Part shown: positions 9,697-19,699 of the stretch, piece after piece | Layout: each line of letters begins with the position of its first letter | Numbering within the stretch: position 1 is the stretch's first letter | Assembly (NCBI GenBank): GCA_949285075.1 | Contig: CASDXF010000008.1 | Span: 29,559-93,558 of the forward strand | Source: an uncultured Bacteroides sp. | GTDB lineage: Bacteria; Bacteroidota; Bacteroidia; Bacteroidales; Bacteroidaceae | DNA length: 64,000 nucleotides | Direction of reading: 5' to 3' | Translations under genes and position numbers: made by a program | The notes under the pieces: generated by a model | The model's input: only the letters and a program-made list of their open reading frames with translations | What the model was told of the DNA's origin: nothing | The model's database searches: none

Positions 9697-11133
9697 TTAC
9701 TTATGCTTTTCTCTCTTTGATTTCTTCAACATCTTCTTTAATGCCTGTTCCGCATTGCCATAAGCCAAGTTCTCGTCAGTCAGCAAGTCAAGAAGCACTT
9801 GCTCATTAATGGGAAAAGCCGCTTTTTTGTTATACATGGAAAAGCCGTCCATATCCCCCTCTAACAACGAGATGGCGGCAAGTTTTCCCGCGACGTTCTC
9901 ATATTCCGAATCGAGTTCATACGTATGCAAGTAAAACAGCTTGGCCTGAGATATTTCCCCTTCCTCCTCATAAGCCTGTCCAACCTCATACCATACTTCC
10001 ACATCATCCCACCTACACTTCAGCACTTCCATAAACATGTCCAAAGCCCTCTGCCCCTCGCCTTCCCGCAAATAAATCTTCCCCTTCGTTATCTTAACGC
10101 CCATGTCGTCCGAGAATATTTCCAAAGCCTTGTCGCACATCCGATGCGCCTTCTCAAAATCTTCTCTATTTAGCAAAATAGTGGCCATACCGTTATAAAC
10201 ATCCGCCAAATACGGACTGTCCATATTCTCTTCCTTCGCGCAGGCGTCTATAATAAGCGAGAAAAAAGTCTCCGCTTCTTTCCAATGTCCAGCATCCTTA
10301 TACGACATGCCTATGAACCAATACCCCATCTCCAACGAAACGCCATCGTACTTTATCGCGTTTTGATAGTCCTCAACCGCTTTCTCAAAATTCTCCAGAT
10401 AAAGGTAGCAGTGGGCGCGCTGCAAGTAAGCTTTCCCACACTTTTCGTCGGCCACTAAAGCATAGTCGCAAGCCTCAATAGCCTGAGAGATATCTTCCCG
10501 CATAAAGCAAGACTTAGCCAACTCAACCCAATATAACGGATTGTAAGGGTCTTTATCTATCAATGCGTTATACCATTCACAGGCTTTTTCATACTGTTGG
10601 GTTTCAAGCAGATATTCCGCAACCAACGACATGAAGTTCTCCTTGTTCCTGTAAAGTCGGATTCCCCTGTCAATCCATATTCCCGCTTCATCCGGATACC
10701 CCAAGTCTAAATAAAGATAGACGATATCGATAATTGTCTCCAAGTCCTCCTTATCCTCTATCGTTTCCAATATTCGCCGCGCCTCTTCCGTTTTTTCTTG
10801 AACCAACAAAATTTCCGCCTTCAATAACTTAACTTCCGGATTATAATCCTCATAAATACAGTCCGCTACCTTTTGCGCCAAATCCAGCCTCATCGTGTCA
10901 ACATATAGATAGGCCTGCTCTATCAGCAAATCCATATTTTCCGGATGCAAAGACAGGCCGTAGCTAATTACCTCTTGCGCTTTCTCAAAATTTTTCTCTT
11001 CAGAGTACTTGCAAGCGATATCGGCAAATTGGTCTCCGTCCAAATAAAAGGGCCGTCTCTCCGTCTTAGCGGCTTCATATTGTTCGACAAGTTTATCAAT
11101 ATAATCATCGGACGATGAACTTTTCTTGCCCAT
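9697..11133 (-). CDS. Tetratricopeptide repeat protein
   Basis: Multiple TPR-like helical repeats (A...Y..A...DP, LA...AI). Confidence 0.82.
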   Translation of the reverse strand: MGKKSSSSDDYIDKLVEQYEAAKTERRPFYLDGDQFADIACKYSEEKNFEKAQEVISYGLSLHPENMDLLIEQAYLYVDTMRLDLAQKVADCIYEDYNPEVKLLKAEILLVQEKTEEARRILETIEDKEDLETIIDIVYLYLDLGYPDEAGIWIDRGIRLYRNKENFMSLVAEYLLETQQYEKACEWYNALIDKDPYNPLYWVELAKSCFMREDISQAIEACDYALVADEKCGKAYLQRAHCYLYLENFEKAVEDYQNAIKYDGVSLEMGYWFIGMSYKDAGHWKEAETFFSLIIDACAKEENMDSPYLADVYNGMATILLNREDFEKAHRMCDKALEIFSDDMGVKITKGKIYLREGEGQRALDMFMEVLKCRWDDVEVWYEVGQAYEEEGEISQAKLFYLHTYELDSEYENVAGKLAAISLLEGDMDGFSMYNKKAAFPINEQVLLDLLTDENLAYGNAEQALKKMLKKSKREKHK

Positions 11134-11246
11134 TTTTTGCTTCCTGATTAAGTTTATAGCAGTTTAGAAATATCAAGCAAGGAATTCCATCTGCCATACG
11201 GTTTATATCATAAGAGCCGTACGGATTCAAACAGGAAATCACCTTC

Positions 11247-12986
11247 TTATTTATTAATCTTTCCCCACGTATCTTTCAATCCTACGGTACGATTGAATAT
11301 CAACCGTTCGGGAGTAGAATCCTTATCTACATTAAAATAGCCTATCCGTTGGAACTGCAAATAAGAAAGAGCGGGCAAAGTAGCCGCAAACTTTTCTATG
11401 TAACAGTTCGTCAAGACTTTCAACGAGTCGGGATTGATAATTTCTTTCATCGCTTCCAACGCGTCACACTTTTTCGCCTCGCGGATAGCCGCCAATTCGT
11501 CGCGCGGATTCTCCACTTTCCATAACCGGTCGTACAGACGCACCTCCGCATTCAGGCAATGCGCACGGCTTACCCAATGAAGCGTACCCTTTACCTTCCG
11601 GTTCGCGTCCGGCATTCCGCTCCGCGTATTCGGGTCATACTCGCAATAGACTTCCGTAATAACCCCGTTCTCGTCTTTCTTGCATCCCGTACACTTTACG
11701 ATGTAGGCGTTCTTCAGGCGCACCTCCTGTCCCGGAGTCATGCGGAAATACTTTTTGGGCGCATCCTCCATGAAGTCCTCCCTTTCCATCCAAAGCTCGC
11801 GGCTGAACTCTATCACGTGAGTTCCAGCCTCCGGGTCTTCGGGATTGTTGACAGCCTCCAACCGCTCCACCTGCCCCTCGGGATAGTTCGTAATAGTCAG
11901 CTTCACCGGATTAATCACCGCGGACACACGAATGGCTCGGGCGTTCAAGTCCTCGCGCACGGAGCTTTCGAGCAGGGCGATGTCGTTCAGCGCGTCATAA
12001 GTGGTGTAGCCAATCTTGTCGATGAACTTATGGATGGACTCGGGCGAATAGCCCCTGCGACGGAATCCGCAGATGGTCGGCATACGAGGGTCGTCCCACC
12101 CGTTGACCAAGCCCTCCTTCACCAACGTCAGCAAGTTGCGCTTGCTCATCAGCGTATAACTGAGGTTCAGCTTATTGAATTCCATCTGACGCGGACGGTG
12201 GTCTTCCAAGTCCTCACCTTCCTTAAGCCAATCGATAAACAGGTTATATAGCGGACGATGCACGACAAACTCCAACGTACAGAGCGAATGGGTTACTCCC
12301 TCAAAGAAGTCACTCTGCCCATGAGCGAAGTCATACATCGGATAAGCCTTCCACGTCGTCCCCGTGCGGTGATGCGGATGCTTCACCACCCGGTAAATGA
12401 TGGGGTCGCGGAAGTGCATGTTCGGGTTCGCCATATCTATTTTAGCCCGAAGCACCATCGCCCCTTCTTCAATCTCTCCGCTATTCATCTTATTAAAGAG
12501 CTCAAGGCTCTCCTCTATCGGACGATTGCGGTAAGGGCTTTCCACTCCCGGCTGAGTTGGAGTGCCTTTCTGCTGAGCTATCTGTTCGGAAGTCTGCTCG
12601 TCAATATACGCCTTCCCTTCCTTAATGAGACGAATAGCGAAATCCCACAGCTGCGGGAAATAATCCGACGCGTAATATTCATTCCCCCACTGATAGCCTA
12701 GCCATTTTATATCTTCCTTAATGGCCTCCACGTATTCTACATCCTCCTTAGTGGGATTCGTGTCATCAAAACGAAGATTGCATACCCCACCATGCTCGGC
12801 GGCGATACCAAAGTCCAGACAAATGGCTTTAGCGTGGCCAATGTGAAGGTATCCGTTCGGCTCGGGCGGGAAGCGCGTCTGTACCCGCCCATCGTTTTTA
12901 CCTTCCTGCAAATCCTTTTCCACAGCCTGCTCTATAAAGTTCAGGCTTTTCCTTTCACCAGTCTCGTCTTTTGGTATATTCGTCAT
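11247..12986 (-). CDS. glnS: Glutamine--tRNA ligase
   Basis: TRFPPEPNGYLHIGHAK (HIGH), MSKR, FQRIGYF. Confidence 0.97.
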   Translation of the reverse strand: MTNIPKDETGERKSLNFIEQAVEKDLQEGKNDGRVQTRFPPEPNGYLHIGHAKAICLDFGIAAEHGGVCNLRFDDTNPTKEDVEYVEAIKEDIKWLGYQWGNEYYASDYFPQLWDFAIRLIKEGKAYIDEQTSEQIAQQKGTPTQPGVESPYRNRPIEESLELFNKMNSGEIEEGAMVLRAKIDMANPNMHFRDPIIYRVVKHPHHRTGTTWKAYPMYDFAHGQSDFFEGVTHSLCTLEFVVHRPLYNLFIDWLKEGEDLEDHRPRQMEFNKLNLSYTLMSKRNLLTLVKEGLVNGWDDPRMPTICGFRRRGYSPESIHKFIDKIGYTTYDALNDIALLESSVREDLNARAIRVSAVINPVKLTITNYPEGQVERLEAVNNPEDPEAGTHVIEFSRELWMEREDFMEDAPKKYFRMTPGQEVRLKNAYIVKCTGCKKDENGVITEVYCEYDPNTRSGMPDANRKVKGTLHWVSRAHCLNAEVRLYDRLWKVENPRDELAAIREAKKCDALEAMKEIINPDSLKVLTNCYIEKFAATLPALSYLQFQRIGYFNVDKDSTPERLIFNRTVGLKDTWGKINK

Positions 12987-13157
12987 AACTAAAATTATAA
13001 ACTATATTTCACCACTATATATCAACGATTCATGTATATAGAATCTCAAGTTCACACCTGTTTCCACTAAGTTGAACGTGCGGCAAAGATAGTTATTCTT
13101 TTCTTACCAATGCTTATTTTACAGGATAAATTCCACCGCCGTCCGCTCTTGATAGAA

Positions 13158-13715
13158 AGAATCTTAAAAATAGACCACGCTGAAAAACGGACGATTTTGA
13201 CGCCTCAAAAACGCGATGATTCCGACCGAGATGCAGGCCGGACGAAAAAAACGCGCCGTAGAGGCCTCAGCGAAATTCAAACAGATTTAAATTTAACCCA
13301 ACGAATATCCTTTAGATATCATATAACACGAAACCGTTTCCTTTTAACACGACATTCCCCAAAAGACAGTAATATAGACATTTCCATCTTGTTCAGAAAA
13401 CGAGAGCAATTAGAAGCCAAAAGGCATAAAAATCCCGTCCGATTCGTCAAATGGAGCATTCTTCATGAGCAATTCTTCGTCTTTCATCTGTCAGTCAGGG
13501 CCACTTCACCCGAGAAATAGGGCCACGGCTCATGAGCCGTGGCCCTACGACACACGTCAAACGGCCCTTTCCTACAACCTCCGGAGAGCGCATTCACGCG
13601 GTTTTTTCACGCAAACATGCGGTTTTTCACGCGTATTCTCGCGGTTTGTCCGTCTAAAACGAAAATTCCGTCGGATATTTTTTGAAGGGAAATCTTAAAA
13701 ATAGACCATTTTTCA
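13158..13715 (+). repeat. Long intergenic repeat element, copy 1 (~560 bp)
   Basis: ATCTTAAAAATAGACCA at 13161 and 13692; co-linear similarity with 33938-34495, 50170-50712(rc) and 57232-57767(rc). Confidence 0.8.
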
Positions 13716-13892
13716 CGTAAAGAATCCGGTACGATATGCAGCCTTCGACCACCGTTCCAAGCGGCAACGCGAATTAGCCTGAAGCCACAATGAAGCGTTT
13801 AACGCTTTACCTTTCCATTCGGTTCGCTTTTATGGAAAAAAATGCCTTATTTTGCATACGCGTATATAATATTAATGTAAAAACAAGAGATT

Positions 13893-14585
13893 ATGGTAAA
13901 GTTTATAGAATCGGAACTAGTCTTGCTCGAAAAAGAGATTAACGAAATGTGGGTATTGGTATACAGTCAGTTAGACCGTGCCGGGGAAGCCGTCCTCACA
14001 CTCGATAAAGAGTTGGCGCAACAGGTGCTCGTCCGCGAGCGGCGAGTGAACGCTTTCGAGCTGAAAATAGACAGTGACGTGGAAGACGTCATCGCGCTAT
14101 ACAATCCCGTAGCCATCGACCTGCGCTTTGTATTGGCCATGCTAAAGATTAACTCTAACCTCGAACGCTTAGGAGATTTCGCCGAGGGAATAGCCCGCTT
14201 TGTATTAAGATGCAAGGAACCCGCCTTAGACCCCGACCTGCTGAAGCGCCTAAGACTGGAAGAAATGATAAAGGAGGTTTGTTCCATGCTAGAGCTGACT
14301 AAGCGGGCGCTAAACGAGGAAAGCGTCGAGTTGGCGACCAATGTATTCGCGAAAGACAATCTGCTGGATGAGATAAACACTAACGCGACAGACATTCTCG
14401 CAGACTACATCAAGCATAACCCCGAGTCGGTATACACCTGCCTCGAACTGGTGAGCGTACTCCGCAAGCTAGAGCGCTCTGGCGACCACATCACCAATAT
14501 CGCAGAGGAAATCGTTTTCTTCATTGATGCCAAAGTACTGAAACACAGCGGAAAGTCGAAAGGTTCTCGAGAAGAAGAACTTTAA
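13893..14585 (+). CDS. phoU: Phosphate signalling protein PhoU
   Basis: PVAIDLR, LERLGD and LERSGDHITNIAE repeats. Confidence 0.94.
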   Translation: MVKFIESELVLLEKEINEMWVLVYSQLDRAGEAVLTLDKELAQQVLVRERRVNAFELKIDSDVEDVIALYNPVAIDLRFVLAMLKINSNLERLGDFAEGIARFVLRCKEPALDPDLLKRLRLEEMIKEVCSMLELTKRALNEESVELATNVFAKDNLLDEINTNATDILADYIKHNPESVYTCLELVSVLRKLERSGDHITNIAEEIVFFIDAKVLKHSGKSKGSREEEL

Positions 14586-14724
14586 GGGCGCAGCCAAATC
14601 AAAGAAAAGCGAAAAACTATCGCGGAAAGTAAGGCCTCCAACAAAGCCGTAATAGATATTGCCTTTTTTGAAGAATAAAAAAAATCAAGGAATTTTAAGA
14701 AACATGCCTTATAACATGTTTTTT

Positions 14725-14760
14725 AATTTGGAGGGTAAGTACAAAAGCCCCTATATTTGC
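14725..14760 (+). promoter_or_regulatory. Bacteroides sigma70-type promoter (TTTG ... TAnnTTTG)
   Basis: TTTG near 14727 and TATATTTG at 14752-14759. Confidence 0.6.
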
Positions 14761-14765
14761 ATCGT

Positions 14766-14856
14766 TATCCTGAAAACAATCTTTTTACCTTAGAGAAGAA
14801 ACTAATACCTATTGAAGACTGGGAAATGGAGCTTTGTGAAAAGCCCCATTTTTTTT
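14766..14856 (+). ncRNA. Candidate ~90-nt small RNA
   Basis: Lies between the promoter above and an AAATGGAGCTTT-GTGA-AAAGCCCCATTT hairpin plus U-tract; no ORF on this strand. Confidence 0.5.
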
Positions 14857-14940
14857 ATCCCTATTTTGCCCGGATATGTCTTTATTCGTACTTTTGCGCA
14901 GGATTGAAAAAGATTCTCATAACTTAAATTTCTTATTATT

Positions 14941-15543
14941 ATGTTTTCTGGAATTATTGAAGAGTACGCGACTTTGGTAACAATCGTGAAAGAACAGGAA
15001 AATATACACCTTACATTTACTTGTTCGTTCGTCAATGAGCTCAAGATAGACCAAAGCATCTCCCACAATGGAGTATGCCTGACCGTAGTCAGCATGGCAG
15101 ACAACACATACACGGTCACGGCGATGAAGGAAACAATACAACGCTCTAACTTAGGACTGCTGAAGATTGGCGATAAAGTGAATGTGGAACGCAGCATGAT
15201 GATGAACGGCCGTCTAGACGGACATATAGTTCAAGGACATGTAGACCAAACCGCCACTTGTATAGACGTGAAAGATGCGGAAGGCAGTTGGTACTACACC
15301 TTCCGATACGCCTTTGACAGGGAAATGGCCAAACGAGGATACATTACGGTAGATAAAGGCTCCGTAACCGTAAATGGCGTCAGCCTGACCGTCTGCAACC
15401 CTACAGACGACACCTTTCAGGTAGCCATCATTCCTTATACATACGAACACACGAATTTCCACACGATTACGGTAGGAAGCGTTGTCAACATAGAATTCGA
15501 TATTATCGGGAAATATATAAGTCGAATGCTTCAATATAAATAA
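14941..15543 (+). CDS. ribE: Riboflavin synthase alpha chain
   Basis: MFSGIIEE, NGVCLTV, GHIVQGHVD, NGVSLTV, VNIEFD. Confidence 0.96.
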   Translation: MFSGIIEEYATLVTIVKEQENIHLTFTCSFVNELKIDQSISHNGVCLTVVSMADNTYTVTAMKETIQRSNLGLLKIGDKVNVERSMMMNGRLDGHIVQGHVDQTATCIDVKDAEGSWYYTFRYAFDREMAKRGYITVDKGSVTVNGVSLTVCNPTDDTFQVAIIPYTYEHTNFHTITVGSVVNIEFDIIGKYISRMLQYK

Positions 15544-15547
15544 GAAT

Positions 15548-16093
15548 ATGAATCCGGAAGACTTTTTGCAACTAGCGCTTTCACGGCAAAGTGACCGGGC
15601 CTATGATAAGGAGCGCCCGGTAGAACCAGAAAAACTGGAGCGGATACTGGAGGCGGGGCGCATGGCCCCTTCCGCCTGTAACGCGCAACCGTGGAAATTT
15701 ATAGTAGTGACAGACAACGAGCTGACAAGAAAGATAGGAAAAGCCGCCGCTGGATTGGGAATGAACAAGTTTGCCAAAGACGCTCCCGTACACATCCTTA
15801 TCGTAGAAGAGTCGGCCAATATCACATCCTTGCTCGGCGGCAAAGTGAAAGGAAAGTATTTCCCGCTAATCGATATCGGCATAGCCGCCTCTCATCTTTC
15901 GCTGGCGGCCGAAAGCGAAGGACTGGGCTCTTGCATTTTGGGATGGTTTGACGAAAAGGAAATAAAGCGGCTACTGGGTGTCCCCTCCTCAAAGCGTGTT
16001 CTATTGGACATTACAATTGGCTATCCGGTAAAAGGAAAAAGAAAGAAAATAAGAAAACCGAAAGAGAAAGTGATTTCTTACAATAAATACTAA
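15548..16093 (+). CDS. Nitroreductase family protein
   Basis: RQSDRAY, APSACNAQPWKF, GLGSCILG. Confidence 0.92.
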   Translation: MNPEDFLQLALSRQSDRAYDKERPVEPEKLERILEAGRMAPSACNAQPWKFIVVTDNELTRKIGKAAAGLGMNKFAKDAPVHILIVEESANITSLLGGKVKGKYFPLIDIGIAASHLSLAAESEGLGSCILGWFDEKEIKRLLGVPSSKRVLLDITIGYPVKGKRKKIRKPKEKVISYNKY

Positions 16094-16164
16094 GAGCCAG
16101 TCGCACATTTGCCGTTTAAATTCTACCCGAGCTTATTCCGCAATCCTGTTAATTGGCCCAATCT

Positions 16165-16285
16165 TTACGGTTGGATAACCTGAGCCACTTAACTGGGTAG
16201 CAGAATCCGTCCAACTGACAGCCGGACTTACCTAACTGGAGAACTTCAAGCGTCCAGTTTTGTAATTAGAGATGACCGATTGCCC
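16165..16285. repeat. Degenerate array, ~22-bp period, AACTG/CAGTT-like core
   Basis: Related cores at 16169, 16191, 16213, 16234, 16256, 16278. Confidence 0.4.
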
Positions 16286-16533
16286 GACATAGCCAATTAA
16301 AAAAATTAGGAGGTAAAAATGAAAGCGAATCCCAACCTAGTAAAACGGATGTTTAAAGTTGGAGGTGTTGTGGAAGACGGCATCAAGCGCGGCACGGTCG
16401 CCTCCTACCGCGAGGAATATTCAGAAAATGTCTCCAAACACCATATAGAGTATGAAGGGTATTGATTTTCAAAGAAAGAGGACGCATCATAAAAATGAAG
16501 CGCCCTCTTATCCGATAATAACGTCTCTGTATT

Positions 16534-17013
16534 TTAACGTTGGCCAAGCTGCGAGTCAATAAAGAAAATCCCCGCTTCACCCGCCTTTTTGAGTTTGTCA
16601 ACGATACCTTGCGCCGTAGCCTCTTCCTCAACCTGCTCACGAACGAATCCCCACAAGAAGTCTTGTGTTGCCTTATCTTTCTCCGCAGAAGCCACATCAA
16701 CCAATGTGTTTATCAATTCCGAGACATGGCATTCATGCTCATATACATGCTCAAAAACCTCCAAAGGGCTTCCCCAACCATTAGGAACCACATCAACCTT
16801 GTCAACCTTAGCGGTTCCCCCTCGTTTAATAAGATAATCGGCCATTGCACACGCATGCTCCATTTCCTCTGAATATTGTTTTTTCAGCCAATGCGCAAAT
16901 CCATTGAAACCTTCTTTCTCTAAATAGAAAGACATTGCCAAATACAGATTGGCAGACCACATTTCGGCAGTAATCTGCTCATTAATCGCTTTTTGTAATT
17001 TTTCTGAAATCAT
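16534..17013 (-). CDS. ftnA: Non-heme ferritin
   Basis: NEQITAEMWSANLYLAMS, EEMEHA, HECHV, EQVEEE ferroxidase residues. Confidence 0.95.
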   Translation of the reverse strand: MISEKLQKAINEQITAEMWSANLYLAMSFYLEKEGFNGFAHWLKKQYSEEMEHACAMADYLIKRGGTAKVDKVDVVPNGWGSPLEVFEHVYEHECHVSELINTLVDVASAEKDKATQDFLWGFVREQVEEEATAQGIVDKLKKAGEAGIFFIDSQLGQR

Positions 17014-17130
17014 AATCACTATTTTTTATTAAGTCACAAATAAAAGCTTCCTAATAGAAGTATTGCAAATGTAACCACATCTCACCTACATTTGTTCCTT
17101 CTTCCCGCCATTTTTAACTAACATTACATA

Positions 17131-18291
17131 CTATATCAACTCATCAGAGGTATATCCTTTAGGCAATTCACGACAATTATAACCAGAAGCCATAATCTCT
17201 CCATAAGCTCCCGCAGAACGTATCGCAATAAAGTCTCCTCTTCTTACCTTGTTCAAGTCTACGGCTTTCGCGAACACATCCGAAGACTCACAAATCGGAC
17301 CAACGACATCGTAGGCTTCCGCCGGCTCATCAGAGGTTATATTTTCTATCTTATGGTAAGCTTGATACAAAGCCGGACGGATTAAATCCGTCATCCCGGC
17401 ATCAAGAATCGCAAATTGTTTATTTACCCCTCTTTTTACATATAATACTCTAGAGACCAGAGTTCCACACTGAGCCACGACTGAACGGCCCAATTCAAAG
17501 TGTAAAGTCTGATACGGACGAAGTTTCAACTGCTTCGCATAAGTCGCAAAATAGTCCGCAAAGTCAGGAATCGCCTGACGGTCTGGGTGAGCATAGTCAA
17601 CGCCCAGTCCCCCTCCTACATTTATATGCTCTACCAAAATATGCCGGGCTTCCAGTTTATCCTGCAATTCGTTTACCCGATTACACAGAGCGATAAAATC
17701 ACCCATATCCAAAATCTGTGAACCAATATGGAAATGCAGACCAATGAATTTTACATTCTTCATGCCTAGCGCCACGTCAATAACCTGATCCATATCCTGC
17801 ATGCTTATTCCAAACTTGTTTTCAGCAAGCCCGGTCGTAATATTCGCATGCGTATGCGCACCGACATCCGGGTTTATCCGAAAAGCTACATTAGCAATTT
17901 TACCTTGTTCTGCCGCCAATTGGTCAATCACCTCTAATTCTGGAATTGACTCTACGTTAAAACAGAAAATGCCGTATTCTAACCCCAGATTAATCTCCCA
18001 ATCCGCTTTTCCAACTCCCGCAAAAACAATCTTATCAGCCGGAAATCCCGAATGAATAGCCGCACGAATTTCCCCACCGCTTACGCAATCAACTCCCATA
18101 CCGCTCTCACGAATAATAGATAAGAGCTTGGGATTCGCATTCGCCTTTACCGCATAATGGACTAAGAAATTCGGATACTTAGCAATCTCTTGATTAATCG
18201 TACGCAACGTTTCGCGCAATAAAGCCGTATCGTAATAATAAAAAGGAGTTCTCAGATTCTGAAATCTAGCAACCGGGAATATATCTTTCAT
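17131..18291 (-). CDS. lysA: Diaminopimelate decarboxylase
   Basis: YAVKAN, HFHIGSQ, ELGRS, GPICES, GAYG; start trimmed to MKDIFP. Confidence 0.95.
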   Translation of the reverse strand: MKDIFPVARFQNLRTPFYYYDTALLRETLRTINQEIAKYPNFLVHYAVKANANPKLLSIIRESGMGVDCVSGGEIRAAIHSGFPADKIVFAGVGKADWEINLGLEYGIFCFNVESIPELEVIDQLAAEQGKIANVAFRINPDVGAHTHANITTGLAENKFGISMQDMDQVIDVALGMKNVKFIGLHFHIGSQILDMGDFIALCNRVNELQDKLEARHILVEHINVGGGLGVDYAHPDRQAIPDFADYFATYAKQLKLRPYQTLHFELGRSVVAQCGTLVSRVLYVKRGVNKQFAILDAGMTDLIRPALYQAYHKIENITSDEPAEAYDVVGPICESSDVFAKAVDLNKVRRGDFIAIRSAGAYGEIMASGYNCRELPKGYTSDELI

Positions 18292-18366
18292 TACAAGTTC
18301 TTTTTGGGTTGATAAAAAAGCGCCCTTGACCAAAATCAAAAGCGCTCATATTGTTTCTCACTAAAA

Positions 18367-19686
18367 TTATTTCTTATTGAAAAGTGTATCGCTCAGCGAC
18401 TGGAGGGCTTTCTTCTTATCACACTCTCTGATAAGGAAAGAAATATTATAATTACTTCCACCAAAAGATATCATTCGTACTGGGATATCCCGCATCGCAT
18501 CCAACGCTCTCGCTTCAAAACCTACGTTTTCCCATTCCAAATCACCCACTACGCAAATGATACACATATCCTTATCAACAGTTACCGTACCATATTTCTT
18601 TAAATCATCCAGAATCTCATTCAGATGTTTCGTATTATCAATGGTGACGGATACGCCAACCTCTGAAGTACAAACCATATCAATTGAGGTCTGGTAGCTT
18701 TCAAAAATCTCAAAGACCTTCCGCAAGAAGCCATAAGCCAATAACATTCGGCTTGACTTAATTTTAATAGCCGTAATATTGTCTTTCGCCGCAACCGCCT
18801 TTATTTTCCCTTTTTCCGTATCATTTGAAATTAAGGTTCCAGAAGCCGTAGGATCCATCGTATTCAACAAACGCACCGGTATGTTTGCGTATTTAGCCGG
18901 TTGAACGCATGTCGGATGCAGGATTTTCGCCCCAAAATAAGCTAACTCGGCAGCCTCCTCAAAATGCAATTGACGCACTGGAGCCGTTTTGTCAACAACG
19001 CGAGGGTCATTATTATGCATACCGTCAATATCCGTCCATATCTGAATCTCTGAAGCGTTTATCGCCGCGCCTATCAAAGAGGCCGTATAATCGCTGCCAC
19101 CGCGCTGAAGATTATCTATTTCGCCATAAGCGTTACGACAAATAAATCCTTGCGTAATGTAAATGTCCGCATCCGGATAAAGCTCCATTTGCGCCTGCAA
19201 CTTATCCTTGATATACACTAAATCCGGCTCGGCATTCTTATCCGTACGCATAAATTCCAAAGCCGGAAGCAACACTGATTTCACTCCGCACTCTAACAAA
19301 TAGAAATTCACCATCGCCGTAGAAATCAGCTCCCCTTGCGCCAATATCACTTTTTCTTCAAACAAGGTAAAAAGGTCCTTAGTGTAAGAACGAATATAAT
19401 CAAAATGTGACTTTACAACCTCCCACGCCCTCTGTCTATATTCTTCCGTAGCATACAATTCGTCAACATGCTGTCTATATTTTAACTCCAGCTTATTGAT
19501 TATTTCATTCGCTCCTTCCGGATTTTTCTTATACAAATAATCAGAGATTTCCACCAAAGTGTTGGTAGTCCCCGACATCGCGGAAAGGACAACAATTTTA
19601 CGCTCACCGTCTACAACCAATTTGGCAACTTCCTTCATCCGCAATGCGGTTCCAACGGAAGTTCCTCCAAACTTTAGAACTTTCAT
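18367..19686 (-). CDS. lysC: Aspartate kinase
   Basis: KFGGTSV, RGGSDYTA, ELAYFGAKILHP, ACT domains. Confidence 0.95.
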   Translation of the reverse strand: MKVLKFGGTSVGTALRMKEVAKLVVDGERKIVVLSAMSGTTNTLVEISDYLYKKNPEGANEIINKLELKYRQHVDELYATEEYRQRAWEVVKSHFDYIRSYTKDLFTLFEEKVILAQGELISTAMVNFYLLECGVKSVLLPALEFMRTDKNAEPDLVYIKDKLQAQMELYPDADIYITQGFICRNAYGEIDNLQRGGSDYTASLIGAAINASEIQIWTDIDGMHNNDPRVVDKTAPVRQLHFEEAAELAYFGAKILHPTCVQPAKYANIPVRLLNTMDPTASGTLISNDTEKGKIKAVAAKDNITAIKIKSSRMLLAYGFLRKVFEIFESYQTSIDMVCTSEVGVSVTIDNTKHLNEILDDLKKYGTVTVDKDMCIICVVGDLEWENVGFEARALDAMRDIPVRMISFGGSNYNISFLIRECDKKKALQSLSDTLFNKK

Positions 19687-19699
19687 TTTCGTAACACTT

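Noticed and set aside
13110-13698. ORFs inside the long repeat elements (e.g. 136-aa ...ILKIDH..., and ORFs at 34319, 50050-50370, 57049-57578)
   Set aside because: The equivalent frame has early stops in copies 3 and 4 and ends early in copy 2; peptide similarity just mirrors the DNA repeat.
14760-14940. FMN riboswitch upstream of ribE
   Set aside because: The conserved RFN motifs (AGGGCGGGGTGAAATTCCC...GGATG.GAG) are absent, and the region is too short and AT-rich.
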